A model generated the notes under the pieces. The model saw only the letters and a list, made by a program, of their open reading frames with translations, did not search any database and was not told where the DNA came from. From a virus (Duplodnaviria > Caudoviricetes), in IMG/VR virus record IMGVR_UViG_3300027007_000029, positions 1 to 49,576 of that record: 49,576 bases of DNA; one strand, 5' to 3'. Below are positions 35,836-45,245 of this stretch, in pieces. The position numbers and the translations under genes are program-made. How positions within the stretch are numbered: the first letter of the stretch is position 1; every line of letters begins with the position of its first letter.

Positions 35836-38202
35836 ATGCCTACTACGTTAGCAGACTTTGAAAGCGGTAATCTCTCAGATTTTGCTCGTACTGACAATTG
35901 GGAAATTTCAGCGTTTAGAAAATCTGGTTCGTATTCGGCATCTGCTTACCAGCCTTACACTTCTCAGGGCCTTGTTTCAGGTAGCGGTCTACCCGCTTTT
36001 GACCGTGGTAATTCTCTTGAAGTTTGGGTCTACTACGGAAATTCAAGTTTCAATCCTTCATCCTATTTAAGTATCCTATTTGGTAGGTCAACTACAACCG
36101 GAAGGGCGTATCAGGTTTATTTTGATGGGAGTTCTTCAAGAGAAATTGAAATTGTAGGTGACTACACCACAATAGCGTCTCAATATGTGGGAGTTTTGGA
36201 TTGGGGTTGGTATAAAGTTCAAATAGACTACGACCTCATTGGAGATGGTAAAATCGACGTTACGGTTTGGGACGAGAGCCTTACCGAGATTGCGTCAATA
36301 TCTGCAACTGATACAACTTATAACGGTTCGTATTGGGGCGTTTCCGGTAGGGGAGATAGACTATACGTAGATGATTTTGTTCTTCTCGACCCCGCTGGTT
36401 CACAAGTTGTTACGCTTGATGCCGCGTCTCTGCTTACGAGCGCACAGTCGCTCTCGGCTACCAATTCGGGCGCTGTTCCTACTTCGGATGTAACCCGTGG
36501 ACTCGTTTCAAAGTGGACGCTTGACGGTGACGGTCTCGATCAAGTAGGTACGCTCGACCCGTCAACGGTGTCTGGTGTCACGTACACGAGCGGGTACATT
36601 GACCAAGCGGGGTCGTTCGACGGCTCTGACTACATTGAGTACCCGGCTGATGGGTCTATTCAGACGGCAGATTTCACGATCTCCGCGTGGGCGAACCTCA
36701 ACAGCGTGTCGGAAGGCACGACGAACATTCAGACTGTTTCAGCCAAGAACCTCGATCACACCGACCGGCAGTTCTGGTTGGTGGAGTGGGACGGTGCGTG
36801 GGTCTGTCGTATCGGGTCTAACGGACAGGGCGTGGTCGGCCCGGCGGCTACTCCGGGTGCGTGGACACACCTGCTGGCGACCTACGACAGCGCGAGCAAC
36901 ACGTTCGAGCTATGGGTGAACGGTGTTTCTGCGGGGACAGCGAGCGAGTCTACTATCGGCGGTGCTGGTCAAACGTTCTGTATCGGCTCGGAGTCGGCGG
37001 CCTACCGGATGTTCGCCGGCCTCATTGACGAGGTTCGGTACTACAACGTCGTTCTGACCGATCAGGAGATTGCCGATCTGTACGCTTACGATGGTACGTC
37101 GGCGCTGGTCACGGCGTCTCTTGAGGCGGCTTCTCTTGCGTTCTCTCCGCGTGCGTTGGGCGCGACGCCTGGTGCTACCGGAGCAACCCTCGGGGCGGCA
37201 CAGGCGAACCTCGGCGCGTACAGCGTTGATACGGCTAAGGCGCTGGTGACAGCGGGGATGGATTCGGCGGCGCTTACGTCGTCGGTGTCCTCAATATCAG
37301 CGACTCCTGGCCCAACGTCAGTTGCACTCGGCTCAGCCGGTGTCACGGCGTCCCCGGTCTCTCCGACGGTGGCTCCTGGTCCTGTTTCGGCAGGGATCGA
37401 CGCGGCAGGGATTACGGCGGCAGCGGCCTCGGTGGGTACGACGCTCGGTGTTGTGTCTCCGGTGCTTGCTTCCGCGTCTGTCTCGTCGACGCCAGCTCCG
37501 TTCGGGTCTATCGTAGGACCGACGACCGCCGACCTGGACTCGTCGAGTCTGTTTGCTCTGTCGCGCCCTCTCGGCGTCTCTGAGGCCGTGTATGCGGCGC
37601 TTGAGTCAGCGGCCATTGTGTCTGCTCCGGGTGCTCTCGGGGCGACTCCGGGCGCGGTGTTGGCTACTATGCCGGTATCTACGCTCAACGTGGTGGCTGA
37701 GTCCCCGGTGGTTGCGCTCGCGGAACTTTCCGTTGACCTCGACGCGGGCTCTCTCGATGTATCGGTGCGGAAGGTGACGCCGGTCGCCGGTTCTGTCTCT
37801 GTTGGGTTGGAATCGGCGTCGGTTGTGCTGACTCTCCCCGACGTTGAGGCACTCAAGGCGTTGGTTGCCGCGCTCGACGCGGCTTCTCTCTCGTCTGTCG
37901 CCCCCGATGTGGGTGCGATTCCGGGGCCTCTCAGCCCCGAGCTGGACGCCGCTTCCGCCGTTATCGGGGCGTCTTCGGTCGATGTTGCGCTTGATTTGCG
38001 CTCTGTGGGCTTCGATGTAGCCGATTTGGTCACTCAACTCCCTGGAATCTCGGCTGAGAACGTTCTGTATCTGTTCCTTCGAGTCAGCGAGGCCGGAAAT
38101 AGCGGCTTCGCCCTCGATGGAACGGGTGAAACGAGCTTTTCGCTCGGTAATTCCGGTGAAAACGGCTTCGAGCTGGACTCTGGCAACGAAAACACTCTCT
38201 GA
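35836..38202 (+). CDS. Fibre/adhesin with concanavalin-A/LamG domains and an Ala/Ser/Val-rich repeat stalk
   Basis: FTISAW, WTHLLATYD, LWVNG, FAGLIDEVRYYN (LamG). Confidence 0.8.
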   Translation: MPTTLADFESGNLSDFARTDNWEISAFRKSGSYSASAYQPYTSQGLVSGSGLPAFDRGNSLEVWVYYGNSSFNPSSYLSILFGRSTTTGRAYQVYFDGSSSREIEIVGDYTTIASQYVGVLDWGWYKVQIDYDLIGDGKIDVTVWDESLTEIASISATDTTYNGSYWGVSGRGDRLYVDDFVLLDPAGSQVVTLDAASLLTSAQSLSATNSGAVPTSDVTRGLVSKWTLDGDGLDQVGTLDPSTVSGVTYTSGYIDQAGSFDGSDYIEYPADGSIQTADFTISAWANLNSVSEGTTNIQTVSAKNLDHTDRQFWLVEWDGAWVCRIGSNGQGVVGPAATPGAWTHLLATYDSASNTFELWVNGVSAGTASESTIGGAGQTFCIGSESAAYRMFAGLIDEVRYYNVVLTDQEIADLYAYDGTSALVTASLEAASLAFSPRALGATPGATGATLGAAQANLGAYSVDTAKALVTAGMDSAALTSSVSSISATPGPTSVALGSAGVTASPVSPTVAPGPVSAGIDAAGITAAAASVGTTLGVVSPVLASASVSSTPAPFGSIVGPTTADLDSSSLFALSRPLGVSEAVYAALESAAIVSAPGALGATPGAVLATMPVSTLNVVAESPVVALAELSVDLDAGSLDVSVRKVTPVAGSVSVGLESASVVLTLPDVEALKALVAALDAASLSSVAPDVGAIPGPLSPELDAASAVIGASSVDVALDLRSVGFDVADLVTQLPGISAENVLYLFLRVSEAGNSGFALDGTGETSFSLGNSGENGFELDSGNENTL

Positions 38203-38207
38203 TCTCT

Positions 38208-38531
38208 ATGGCTGACTTCAAAATCACTCAAAACGACACGTATCCCGCAATTTCGGGGACGTGCAAGGATGATGGCAGTAATCCCGTCGATATTACGGGT
38301 GCGACCGTCCGATTCCACCTCAAGGCCCCCGGATCGGAGACCGCGAAGGTCGATGAGCCGGCTTCTATTCTCGATGCGGCGGCTGGATCGGTCGCGTATC
38401 AATGGGTTGCCGGTGATACGGACACTCCGGGGACGTATTTCGCGGAGTTTGAGGTGACGCATAGTGATGGGAACCCCGAGACCTTCCCGAGCGACCCGCT
38501 TGTGGTCTATATCCGCGAGGAGTTGGCCTGA
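38208..38531 (+). CDS. BppU-N-like domain protein
   Basis: ITQNDT, VDITGATVRF, AEFEVT...ETFP. Confidence 0.7.
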   Translation: MADFKITQNDTYPAISGTCKDDGSNPVDITGATVRFHLKAPGSETAKVDEPASILDAAAGSVAYQWVAGDTDTPGTYFAEFEVTHSDGNPETFPSDPLVVYIREELA

Positions 38532-39265
38532 TGGCGTTCGGTGAGGTGACGGGGGCGACGGCCCAGGAGGTCGCGGAGCTGAAATTTCAGTACGAGCGGT
38601 CGCCTCACTACGAAAAGACGAGCGAACCCTTTGAGTCTGCGTACTGTTTGACCCGGATCGGCAAACAGCCCGAGGACTACGACGGCCCGACGCGCTGGTG
38701 TCAGAACCGGGCAGCGGTCGTCGACGGCGAGCGAGGTCACTCCTGCCGATTTCACGGCGGGAAACGGAACCCGGACACGGACAATCTCGATCCGCAAGCA
38801 AATCTGAAGCACTCGATGTACGCATTACCTGAAACTATCTACGCAACTCTCACCGAGGAGGAGCGCGAGCTCTACGAGTGGGTCTTTACGTGGCCGGAAG
38901 TCTACGAGATCGACCTCTCGGCTGACCCCGCCGCCGAACACGACTTCGAGACTCTGGCGCTCGAAATTGTCCGGCAGGCTCGCTCCTCGGACTACATCTT
39001 GGCGAATACGGAAGTTCGTCAGGAGGGTGTCTATACGGCACAGGGTGAGCTTCTGGAGCGAAAGGATGTTCCGAACTCTCTCATTGACGCTCACCAGCGC
39101 CAGATTCGCCTGATTAACACGATCAAGGACGCTCTCGGCATTACGCGGAAGGCGCAGGCGGCAAACGACACGCAGGAATCGGCTAACGATCTAATGGATT
39201 CACTCTCGACTGTTCTCTCGCGGTTCACCTCTGGTGGAGAGTACGATCCAGACCAATTCGAGTAA
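38531..39265 (+). CDS. terS: Probable terminase small subunit
   Basis: CRFHGG...NLKH (HGGxSTG-like), helical C-terminus ending LGITRK; upstream of TerL. Confidence 0.65.
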   Translation: MAFGEVTGATAQEVAELKFQYERSPHYEKTSEPFESAYCLTRIGKQPEDYDGPTRWCQNRAAVVDGERGHSCRFHGGKRNPDTDNLDPQANLKHSMYALPETIYATLTEEERELYEWVFTWPEVYEIDLSADPAAEHDFETLALEIVRQARSSDYILANTEVRQEGVYTAQGELLERKDVPNSLIDAHQRQIRLINTIKDALGITRKAQAANDTQESANDLMDSLSTVLSRFTSGGEYDPDQFE

Positions 39266-39393
39266 AAGCGCCCGTGATGGGGCGTTGACTCGGTTACGAA
39301 AGGGGGAAGGAACGACGAGTGACCAAACCCGTCGACCTATTCCCTGAACCCTAAGACGAAACCCGCGACCAACGGGATCGCCTACCCCGAGAT

Positions 39394-39768
39394 ATGCAGA
39401 CTCGGCATATAACCATTTCGAGAAATTCTATGTTCCAGCCTTACACCAGCGCCTACGCGCTCGGTACGTCACAGCTCGTTGCCTACCCCGGCGACCGAGC
39501 AATCATCGACTTTGCTGACTTCGACGCTCTTACAGCGCGGTTTGGCTGGTCGTATCCGCTTATCTTCAAGATTAGCAATCGCTACGTCTGTGTCTATCCG
39601 GAAGATGGCGTCCCGTCGGGAGTCCTCGCCCTTCCCCACAGCGTTATTGACGAGCTGGAGATCGGCGTCGACGTTGATTTCCTCGTCTACCTCGCGTACC
39701 CCCACACCGTTCAGCGAATCATTGAGTGGGGCCTTGCGTGCCCGAATCACCCGGAGCGTGAGACCTGA
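39394..39768 (+). CDS. Hypothetical protein with a UFD1-N-like pattern
   Basis: GDRAII, YPLIFKISN, GVLALP..VIDELEI. Confidence 0.5.
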   Translation: MQTRHITISRNSMFQPYTSAYALGTSQLVAYPGDRAIIDFADFDALTARFGWSYPLIFKISNRYVCVYPEDGVPSGVLALPHSVIDELEIGVDVDFLVYLAYPHTVQRIIEWGLACPNHPERET

Positions 39769-39983
39769 TGGTTATGAAGCGCGAAGGGCGGGATTCGTGG
39801 ACGATTGCTTCCCGAGCTGGCCCTGGTGAGGGCGTCGACGCTCCCGAGGAGGAAGGCGAGAAACAGCACTCCCTTCGAGGCGTTCTCCAGGCGGTCACGA
39901 TCTACTGGAAAGGCAACGGGTACAACCGGGGCGAGACGTGGATTCGGTTTGACCCGGACGCACTCGTGGAGGTAGAGGAGTGA
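39768..39983 (+). CDS. Small hypothetical protein
   Basis: TGATG and GTGA overlaps on both sides. Confidence 0.6.
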   Translation: MVMKREGRDSWTIASRAGPGEGVDAPEEEGEKQHSLRGVLQAVTIYWKGNGYNRGETWIRFDPDALVEVEE

Positions 39984-41710
39984 CGGAGGCGGCCAACGCC
40001 GAGCTCATTGAGCAGTTCGCTGAGGCCGTCGGGACTACCCCCGAGGATGTGTCTGAGCGGTGGGACGGTCGCCCGGATCGGATCATTGAAGATTTGTTTC
40101 GGATGCCAGATAAGCGCGGTGAGCTCCACCCGCTCCGACTGTTCAAGCCGTATCAGCAACAGTTCGTTCACGCTTATTTCTTCGGTGACGCCTCGACGCT
40201 GACGTTTCTGAAGGGTCGGCGGATTGGTGGCTCATTTGTGGCAATGGCGTGTTTCCTCCTCGACGGTCTCACGCGACCGGGCGCAATGTACCCGATTGTC
40301 TCGAAGAAGGAGAAACAGGCGTTCTCGCGGATCAACGACGTTCGGGTGCTGGCTGAGAACGCGGTTATTGACATACCGTTCGCTAAGAAGCCCACGCAGT
40401 CCGAGGTTGTCCTTTGGAACGGGACGAAGTTCGTGGCGTACACGGGTTCTCCCGATTCGTCTCGTGGTGACGGCGCTCAGTCCATCCTGTTCGACGAGAT
40501 GGCGTTTATGGACGATCAGCAGGCGATGGACGACGCCTTCCGCCCGATGCTCTCGCTGTCAGACGGGAAGATGGTGCAGGTCTCGACGATCTTCGCTACC
40601 AACGACCTGTTTATGGAGAGCGTGAACGGTGGCTCTCGGACGGGCTTTACCGACGACGGAAAGAAGCTCGGGACGATCTCGCTGTATCAGCCGACGTTCT
40701 ACAACGCTGACGAAATTGACCCCGAGGCTTCGCTGTACGACCAGCACCTCGAACCCGCTCGGCCCGATCTCAATATCGACCAGATTGAGGCGAAGCGGTC
40801 GGCTGACCCGGTGGGGTTCGCGCAGGAGTACCTGTGTCGCCCCGCTGTGGAGCAGTACCGCTTCTTCGACGCACAGAGCGTCCAGCGAGCGGCTGAGCGT
40901 GGCGATGAACCGGGCGTAGAGTTCGGGGAGCACGCTTGCTCAGTGTTTGGCGGAGATATGATGATGGCGGTCGACGTGGGCATTGAACACGACGATACCG
41001 CGGTCGCTGTCTACGAACACACCGAGAATCATCGTTATCTGAGATACACGGAGCTGGTTACGGAGGAAGTGTTGGCTCGGGCCGGCATCCTCGATCCCGA
41101 CCGCGGTAACGCGAATCACGTCGCTACCCGGCTCGGCCAGCTCTACAACCAAATGGGGGTCTCGTATCTCATTATCGACTCGACGGGCGCAGGACAGACG
41201 TTCCCGCGCATTATCGAGGAGGAGATTGGCCGGGGCATCATCCCGTTCAACTTCTCGAATACGAAGGCTGTAAAGCAGATGTTCGGTGAGATGAACGCGG
41301 CTCTGCGGAACGACCGAGTGACGCTCACCAGCGATAAGACGCTGATTGACCAGCTCCTCGCAATTACACGGATACAGCCGAAAGAGTGGTCGACGCCCCG
41401 ATTCACGGGCAAAGACTTCTCGCCGGACGGTAAGGACGACTTGGCAATCGCGGCGGTGATGGGTGCGTTCCCACCCGGCTTTGAGCACGCCCCCGCGACA
41501 GAAGTGGCAGAAAAGCCTCGATCTCCCGTGGAAGACACGGACGAGTCGCTGGCGGATCGGATTGAACGAACGCCGGCACCGACGAGCTCGCCGGCTTCCG
41601 CCGTGGATACGCCGAGGAATAACACAGCTCCAACTGGAGTGTTTGTCGCTGGCAGTATCAACCGCTCGTATGGGCGGCGATACGGGCGACACGACAAAGG
41701 ACGTTACTAA
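39980..41710 (+). CDS. terL: Terminase large subunit
   Basis: KPYQ, KGRRIGGS (Walker A), ILFDEMAF (Walker B), VST, FAQEY, AVDVG and DDLA (RNase H). Confidence 0.93.
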   Translation: MTEAANAELIEQFAEAVGTTPEDVSERWDGRPDRIIEDLFRMPDKRGELHPLRLFKPYQQQFVHAYFFGDASTLTFLKGRRIGGSFVAMACFLLDGLTRPGAMYPIVSKKEKQAFSRINDVRVLAENAVIDIPFAKKPTQSEVVLWNGTKFVAYTGSPDSSRGDGAQSILFDEMAFMDDQQAMDDAFRPMLSLSDGKMVQVSTIFATNDLFMESVNGGSRTGFTDDGKKLGTISLYQPTFYNADEIDPEASLYDQHLEPARPDLNIDQIEAKRSADPVGFAQEYLCRPAVEQYRFFDAQSVQRAAERGDEPGVEFGEHACSVFGGDMMMAVDVGIEHDDTAVAVYEHTENHRYLRYTELVTEEVLARAGILDPDRGNANHVATRLGQLYNQMGVSYLIIDSTGAGQTFPRIIEEEIGRGIIPFNFSNTKAVKQMFGEMNAALRNDRVTLTSDKTLIDQLLAITRIQPKEWSTPRFTGKDFSPDGKDDLAIAAVMGAFPPGFEHAPATEVAEKPRSPVEDTDESLADRIERTPAPTSSPASAVDTPRNNTAPTGVFVAGSINRSYGRRYGRHDKGRY

Positions 41711-43189
41711 ATGAGTATTTCTGGTACTAATCCCAATTCTGACTCTGATGCGGTGTATCGCTCTCTGATGGCGAAGGCCGCTCGTGGCGACCTTCCATTT
41801 GCTGACTCTGGCGGCGGGCCGTCGTTTATGTTGGAGGCTCCGAAGGCGGTTCTTCGACAGTCACAGGGTGCTGGTGGCAAGCCGCGCCCGAAGGAGGCTC
41901 CGAAGGCCCGGATTGCGGAAATGCGGGCGATTCGGAAGACGGACCCGCACGTTGCCGAGCTGGTCAACACGCTCATCGACTATCTGGTGGGCTCTGGTGG
42001 AGTGATTACCCCGGCCAATATCCCGTACACGGATATGGAGCAGACCGCGGAGGATATTGCGGATTTCAAGCTCCTCATTGAGAACTCGGATTTCGAGTCC
42101 GTCACGTTGCCCGCGTGGGTTGACGAGGCGATCACTACGGGAACCGGGTTCCTCGAAACGGTTGTGGAGGACGGCCAGCGGTTCAAGCCGAAGATTCTCC
42201 CGACCGAGCGGATGAGTATTCTCACCGACGAGTACGGGAATACGACGGGGTACGAAATGGAGAATCCCGGTGGTGGGGAGCCAATTGAGTTTGCGCCCTA
42301 CGATCTGGCGATTCTCCGGTTCGTGAAGTTCCCCGGCGAGGACTTCGGTCGGTCACTCATCGAGCCGATTGAGGAGCACGTTAATATGCTCCGAGATATG
42401 GAGATCGACTTGGCGCGGTTCGTCGCTACAAAGGCGTACCCGCCAGTTATCTGGAAGCTCGGGACGGACGAGCGCCCGTGGAATCAGCCACAGATTCAGA
42501 CGTTCATTGATAGTCTGCGCGACATTGAGCCGGATTCAATGATCGGTGTGGGCCACGACGTTGAACACGACGTTGTGGGTGTCACGTCCACGTCGTCGAA
42601 GGCGGGGGCGATGAACCTCGATAGCACGTTTGCCCACTTGCTGAATCGTATTCACGTCGGGATGGGCGTGCCTGAGTTCCTAAATGACGGCGGAAGCGCC
42701 GGGCGCAATTCGGCTGTTGCGACGATGCCGAAGTTCGACCGTCGGATTCAGCGGTTCCGGTTGGCGATTCGGCAGGCGGTTCGCTACCAGATTTTCGTCT
42801 CGATTCTCGGGCACCCGTCTCCCGAAGATTACGCGGAAGTCCCGCCTGACTTCGAGTTTGGACAGCACAGCTCGGAGGAGGAGCGCCTGGAGACGGAAGA
42901 AGCCCTCAAGCTGTTCTCGATGGGCTTCCTAACTCGTGAGGCGTTCGCGGCCCGTGTCGGCATTGACCCCGAGACGGAGATGCCGTCGGACGCCGATCTT
43001 CAGGAGGTTATTGACCTTCTGACGACGATCTCGGGGACCGGCGACCGGATTCAAAACCCGGACGGTGGTCGCCCGACTGATACCGGGACTGGACAGCGGT
43101 CTGCTGGCCGTTCTGTTGCGACCCGGCAAAATCCTGAGCGCCCGACCGACGATGACAGTCGGCCACAGCGCGACATTGGACAAGAATGA
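41711..43189 (+). CDS. Portal protein
   Basis: Follows TerL; FGRSLIEP, GMGVPEF, GFLTREA. Confidence 0.88.
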   Translation: MSISGTNPNSDSDAVYRSLMAKAARGDLPFADSGGGPSFMLEAPKAVLRQSQGAGGKPRPKEAPKARIAEMRAIRKTDPHVAELVNTLIDYLVGSGGVITPANIPYTDMEQTAEDIADFKLLIENSDFESVTLPAWVDEAITTGTGFLETVVEDGQRFKPKILPTERMSILTDEYGNTTGYEMENPGGGEPIEFAPYDLAILRFVKFPGEDFGRSLIEPIEEHVNMLRDMEIDLARFVATKAYPPVIWKLGTDERPWNQPQIQTFIDSLRDIEPDSMIGVGHDVEHDVVGVTSTSSKAGAMNLDSTFAHLLNRIHVGMGVPEFLNDGGSAGRNSAVATMPKFDRRIQRFRLAIRQAVRYQIFVSILGHPSPEDYAEVPPDFEFGQHSSEEERLETEEALKLFSMGFLTREAFAARVGIDPETEMPSDADLQEVIDLLTTISGTGDRIQNPDGGRPTDTGTGQRSAGRSVATRQNPERPTDDDSRPQRDIGQE

Positions 43190-43196
43190 CTTATAA

Positions 43197-43457
43197 ATGG
43201 AAGATTCTGAAAAGGAGCTTCTGTTAGAGGTTCACGCTTCTTCGGTTCGCACCGAGGAGAGCGTTCGGAACTTAGAACGACGAATCCACAATCTTCAGCG
43301 GATTTCTGAACACAGAAGCGAGCTCGTTGACCGACGGCTCGATACTCTGGAAAACGACGTTCAAGCGAATAAGACGCTTATTGGGGCGTTTATTGGCGTT
43401 GTCACCGCGGTTGGTGGTGCAACCGCCTCGTGGGTTCTCGGTCTCCTTCCACTCTAA
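43197..43457 (+). CDS. Coiled-coil protein with a C-terminal TM helix
   Basis: Heptad region then LIGAFIGVVTAVGGATASWVLGLL. Confidence 0.7.
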   Translation: MEDSEKELLLEVHASSVRTEESVRNLERRIHNLQRISEHRSELVDRRLDTLENDVQANKTLIGAFIGVVTAVGGATASWVLGLLPL

Positions 43458-43459
43458 CT

Positions 43460-44167
43460 ATGACTCTACAAATCGACGCTGAGCTTGCCTTTTCCGCGAC
43501 GCCTTCCGCCCCAACTCAGGAGCTCTCTATGGAGGGCTTCAACGAGTATGGGGTTCGGAGGAATATCACGGAGGACGGCCAGCTCACGAGTATTGACGTG
43601 GTGTACCGGGCGATGGAGCCCGGCCTGCGGAAGAACTTTCGGATCACCCCTGAGTTTCTTCAGGGCGTTGTCGAGGACTTCAAGCAGGTCGGTGTGGTTC
43701 CCGCTCAGTTTGACCACAGCGCAAGCCAGCGAGCGAACGTCGGGACGGTGACGGATGCGTGGTATGCGGCGAACGCCCTGTACCTGCAACTGAATATCCC
43801 GAACACGGGTTCGTCTATTCGGACGGACACGATTGCCGACTTCACGTTTGAGCCGCCCGCGATTACGGACGGTTCGGTGGGGTTCGGCAACGACTACGAG
43901 ATTGAGTTAGACGAGGCAACGGGCGAATACGTCCTCCTCGACGCTCAATTCCGTGAGTTTAGTCTGACCCCGTTCCCGGCGGGCTACGACAACGGTGGGC
44001 TCAGCGCCGCGTTCTGCGACGCCGCCCGCTCATACGGCCTCTTTGTCGATGACACCGAATCTACTGCCACGGTAGAGACGGAGGCCGACACCCCGGCGAG
44101 CGTTCACTTTTCGTATGCTCGGATTACCGAGCTCGATCTATCGCGCTCTGACGAGACTGACAACTAA
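43460..44167 (+). CDS. Prohead protease (HK97/herpes-type)
   Basis: QFDH, GSVGF, FREFSLTPFPA. Confidence 0.8.
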   Translation: MTLQIDAELAFSATPSAPTQELSMEGFNEYGVRRNITEDGQLTSIDVVYRAMEPGLRKNFRITPEFLQGVVEDFKQVGVVPAQFDHSASQRANVGTVTDAWYAANALYLQLNIPNTGSSIRTDTIADFTFEPPAITDGSVGFGNDYEIELDEATGEYVLLDAQFREFSLTPFPAGYDNGGLSAAFCDAARSYGLFVDDTESTATVETEADTPASVHFSYARITELDLSRSDETDN

Positions 44168-44179
44168 TTTCTATCTACT

Positions 44180-44689
44180 ATGAAGGAAATCGAACTTTCC
44201 AAGCCCATCGACGAGATGGACGACGACGACCTCCGCACTACGTTTGCGAAGGTTCTGGAAGCGCACGAGGAGAACATTGCTGAGTTCGCTTCGCTGACGG
44301 AGGAGCTGGAGGCCGCCACGGCACGAGCCGAGGAAGCCGACGACACGCTCTCCGGGGCGAAGGCGTACTTTGCGGAGAAGGCATCGGGCTACACCCGTCT
44401 TTCGGGTGAGGTTCTGGCCGCTCGGTTCTCCCTCGATGAGCTCATTGAAATGGCGGGCGAGGCTGATTCTGCCGAGTTCGCTGAGGAGGAGGCTGAGGAA
44501 GCTTCCGCCGATGAAGACGAGGCTGAGTTCTCTGAGGAGTCCACGGAGGACGCCGAGGAGGAGGACACGCCTCTATTCGCTGAGAAGCCGCAGAAGTCCC
44601 CGGCGTTCACCGCTGATGAACAGGACGCCGTTCGTGCGGCGGCGAAGGCCCGCCTGAGCGGTTTGGCCGGCCTCTCGTTCGACAACTGA
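44180..44689 (+). CDS. Scaffolding protein
   Basis: Very acidic coiled-coil between protease and capsid genes. Confidence 0.7.
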   Translation: MKEIELSKPIDEMDDDDLRTTFAKVLEAHEENIAEFASLTEELEAATARAEEADDTLSGAKAYFAEKASGYTRLSGEVLAARFSLDELIEMAGEADSAEFAEEEAEEASADEDEAEFSEESTEDAEEEDTPLFAEKPQKSPAFTADEQDAVRAAAKARLSGLAGLSFDN

Positions 44690-44711
44690 ATTTTCAACTT
44701 TCTGATTTACT

Positions 44712-45176
44712 ATGGTTAAGGCCCGTATCGCTACTTCCGCAGAACAGCCTATCAACAGCCACGCCGCGCTTGCCGGCGAGACCTTCAGCGAGGGCGACCT
44801 CGTGGGGATCAACTCGTCGGGTAAGCTCGTGAAGGCCGACGCCGACAGCGCTTCCACCGTGATGGCGCTCGGTGTCGCCCTGGCCCCCGTGACTCAGCTT
44901 TCGGACTACACCGAGGACGCCGTGAAGCTGGTCGTTGAGGCCAACCGCGCTCTCGTGGACCGCGACCGCATTACCGCCGTGAAGTATGGCGTCGAAGTCG
45001 AAAACGGCGACGACGACTGGGATTTCACGCCGGGTGAGCCGGTCTACCTCGCTCCTGGTGGCGGCTACACGCAGGCCGCGCCCTCGACGACTGGCGATCT
45101 TATTCAGGTCGTCGGATCGGCGCTGACGCCGGAGCGCATTAGCCTCCACGTCATCCCGAGCGCGACCACGGCCTGA
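44712..45176 (+). CDS. Head decoration / cement protein
   Basis: AGETFSEGDLV, PGEPVYL, QVVG beta-tulip-like pattern; precedes MCP. Confidence 0.7.
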   Translation: MVKARIATSAEQPINSHAALAGETFSEGDLVGINSSGKLVKADADSASTVMALGVALAPVTQLSDYTEDAVKLVVEANRALVDRDRITAVKYGVEVENGDDDWDFTPGEPVYLAPGGGYTQAAPSTTGDLIQVVGSALTPERISLHVIPSATTA

Positions 45177-45245
45177 GCTGTCTTAGGCACCCACTAATCG
45201 GGGCTGAGTCTCCCCCGCTTCCTGAGACTCATTTCTATCTCTATA

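Noticed and set aside
43197-43457. Holin
   Set aside because: Single TM plus coiled coil is compatible, but there is no diagnostic motif or lysis-gene context
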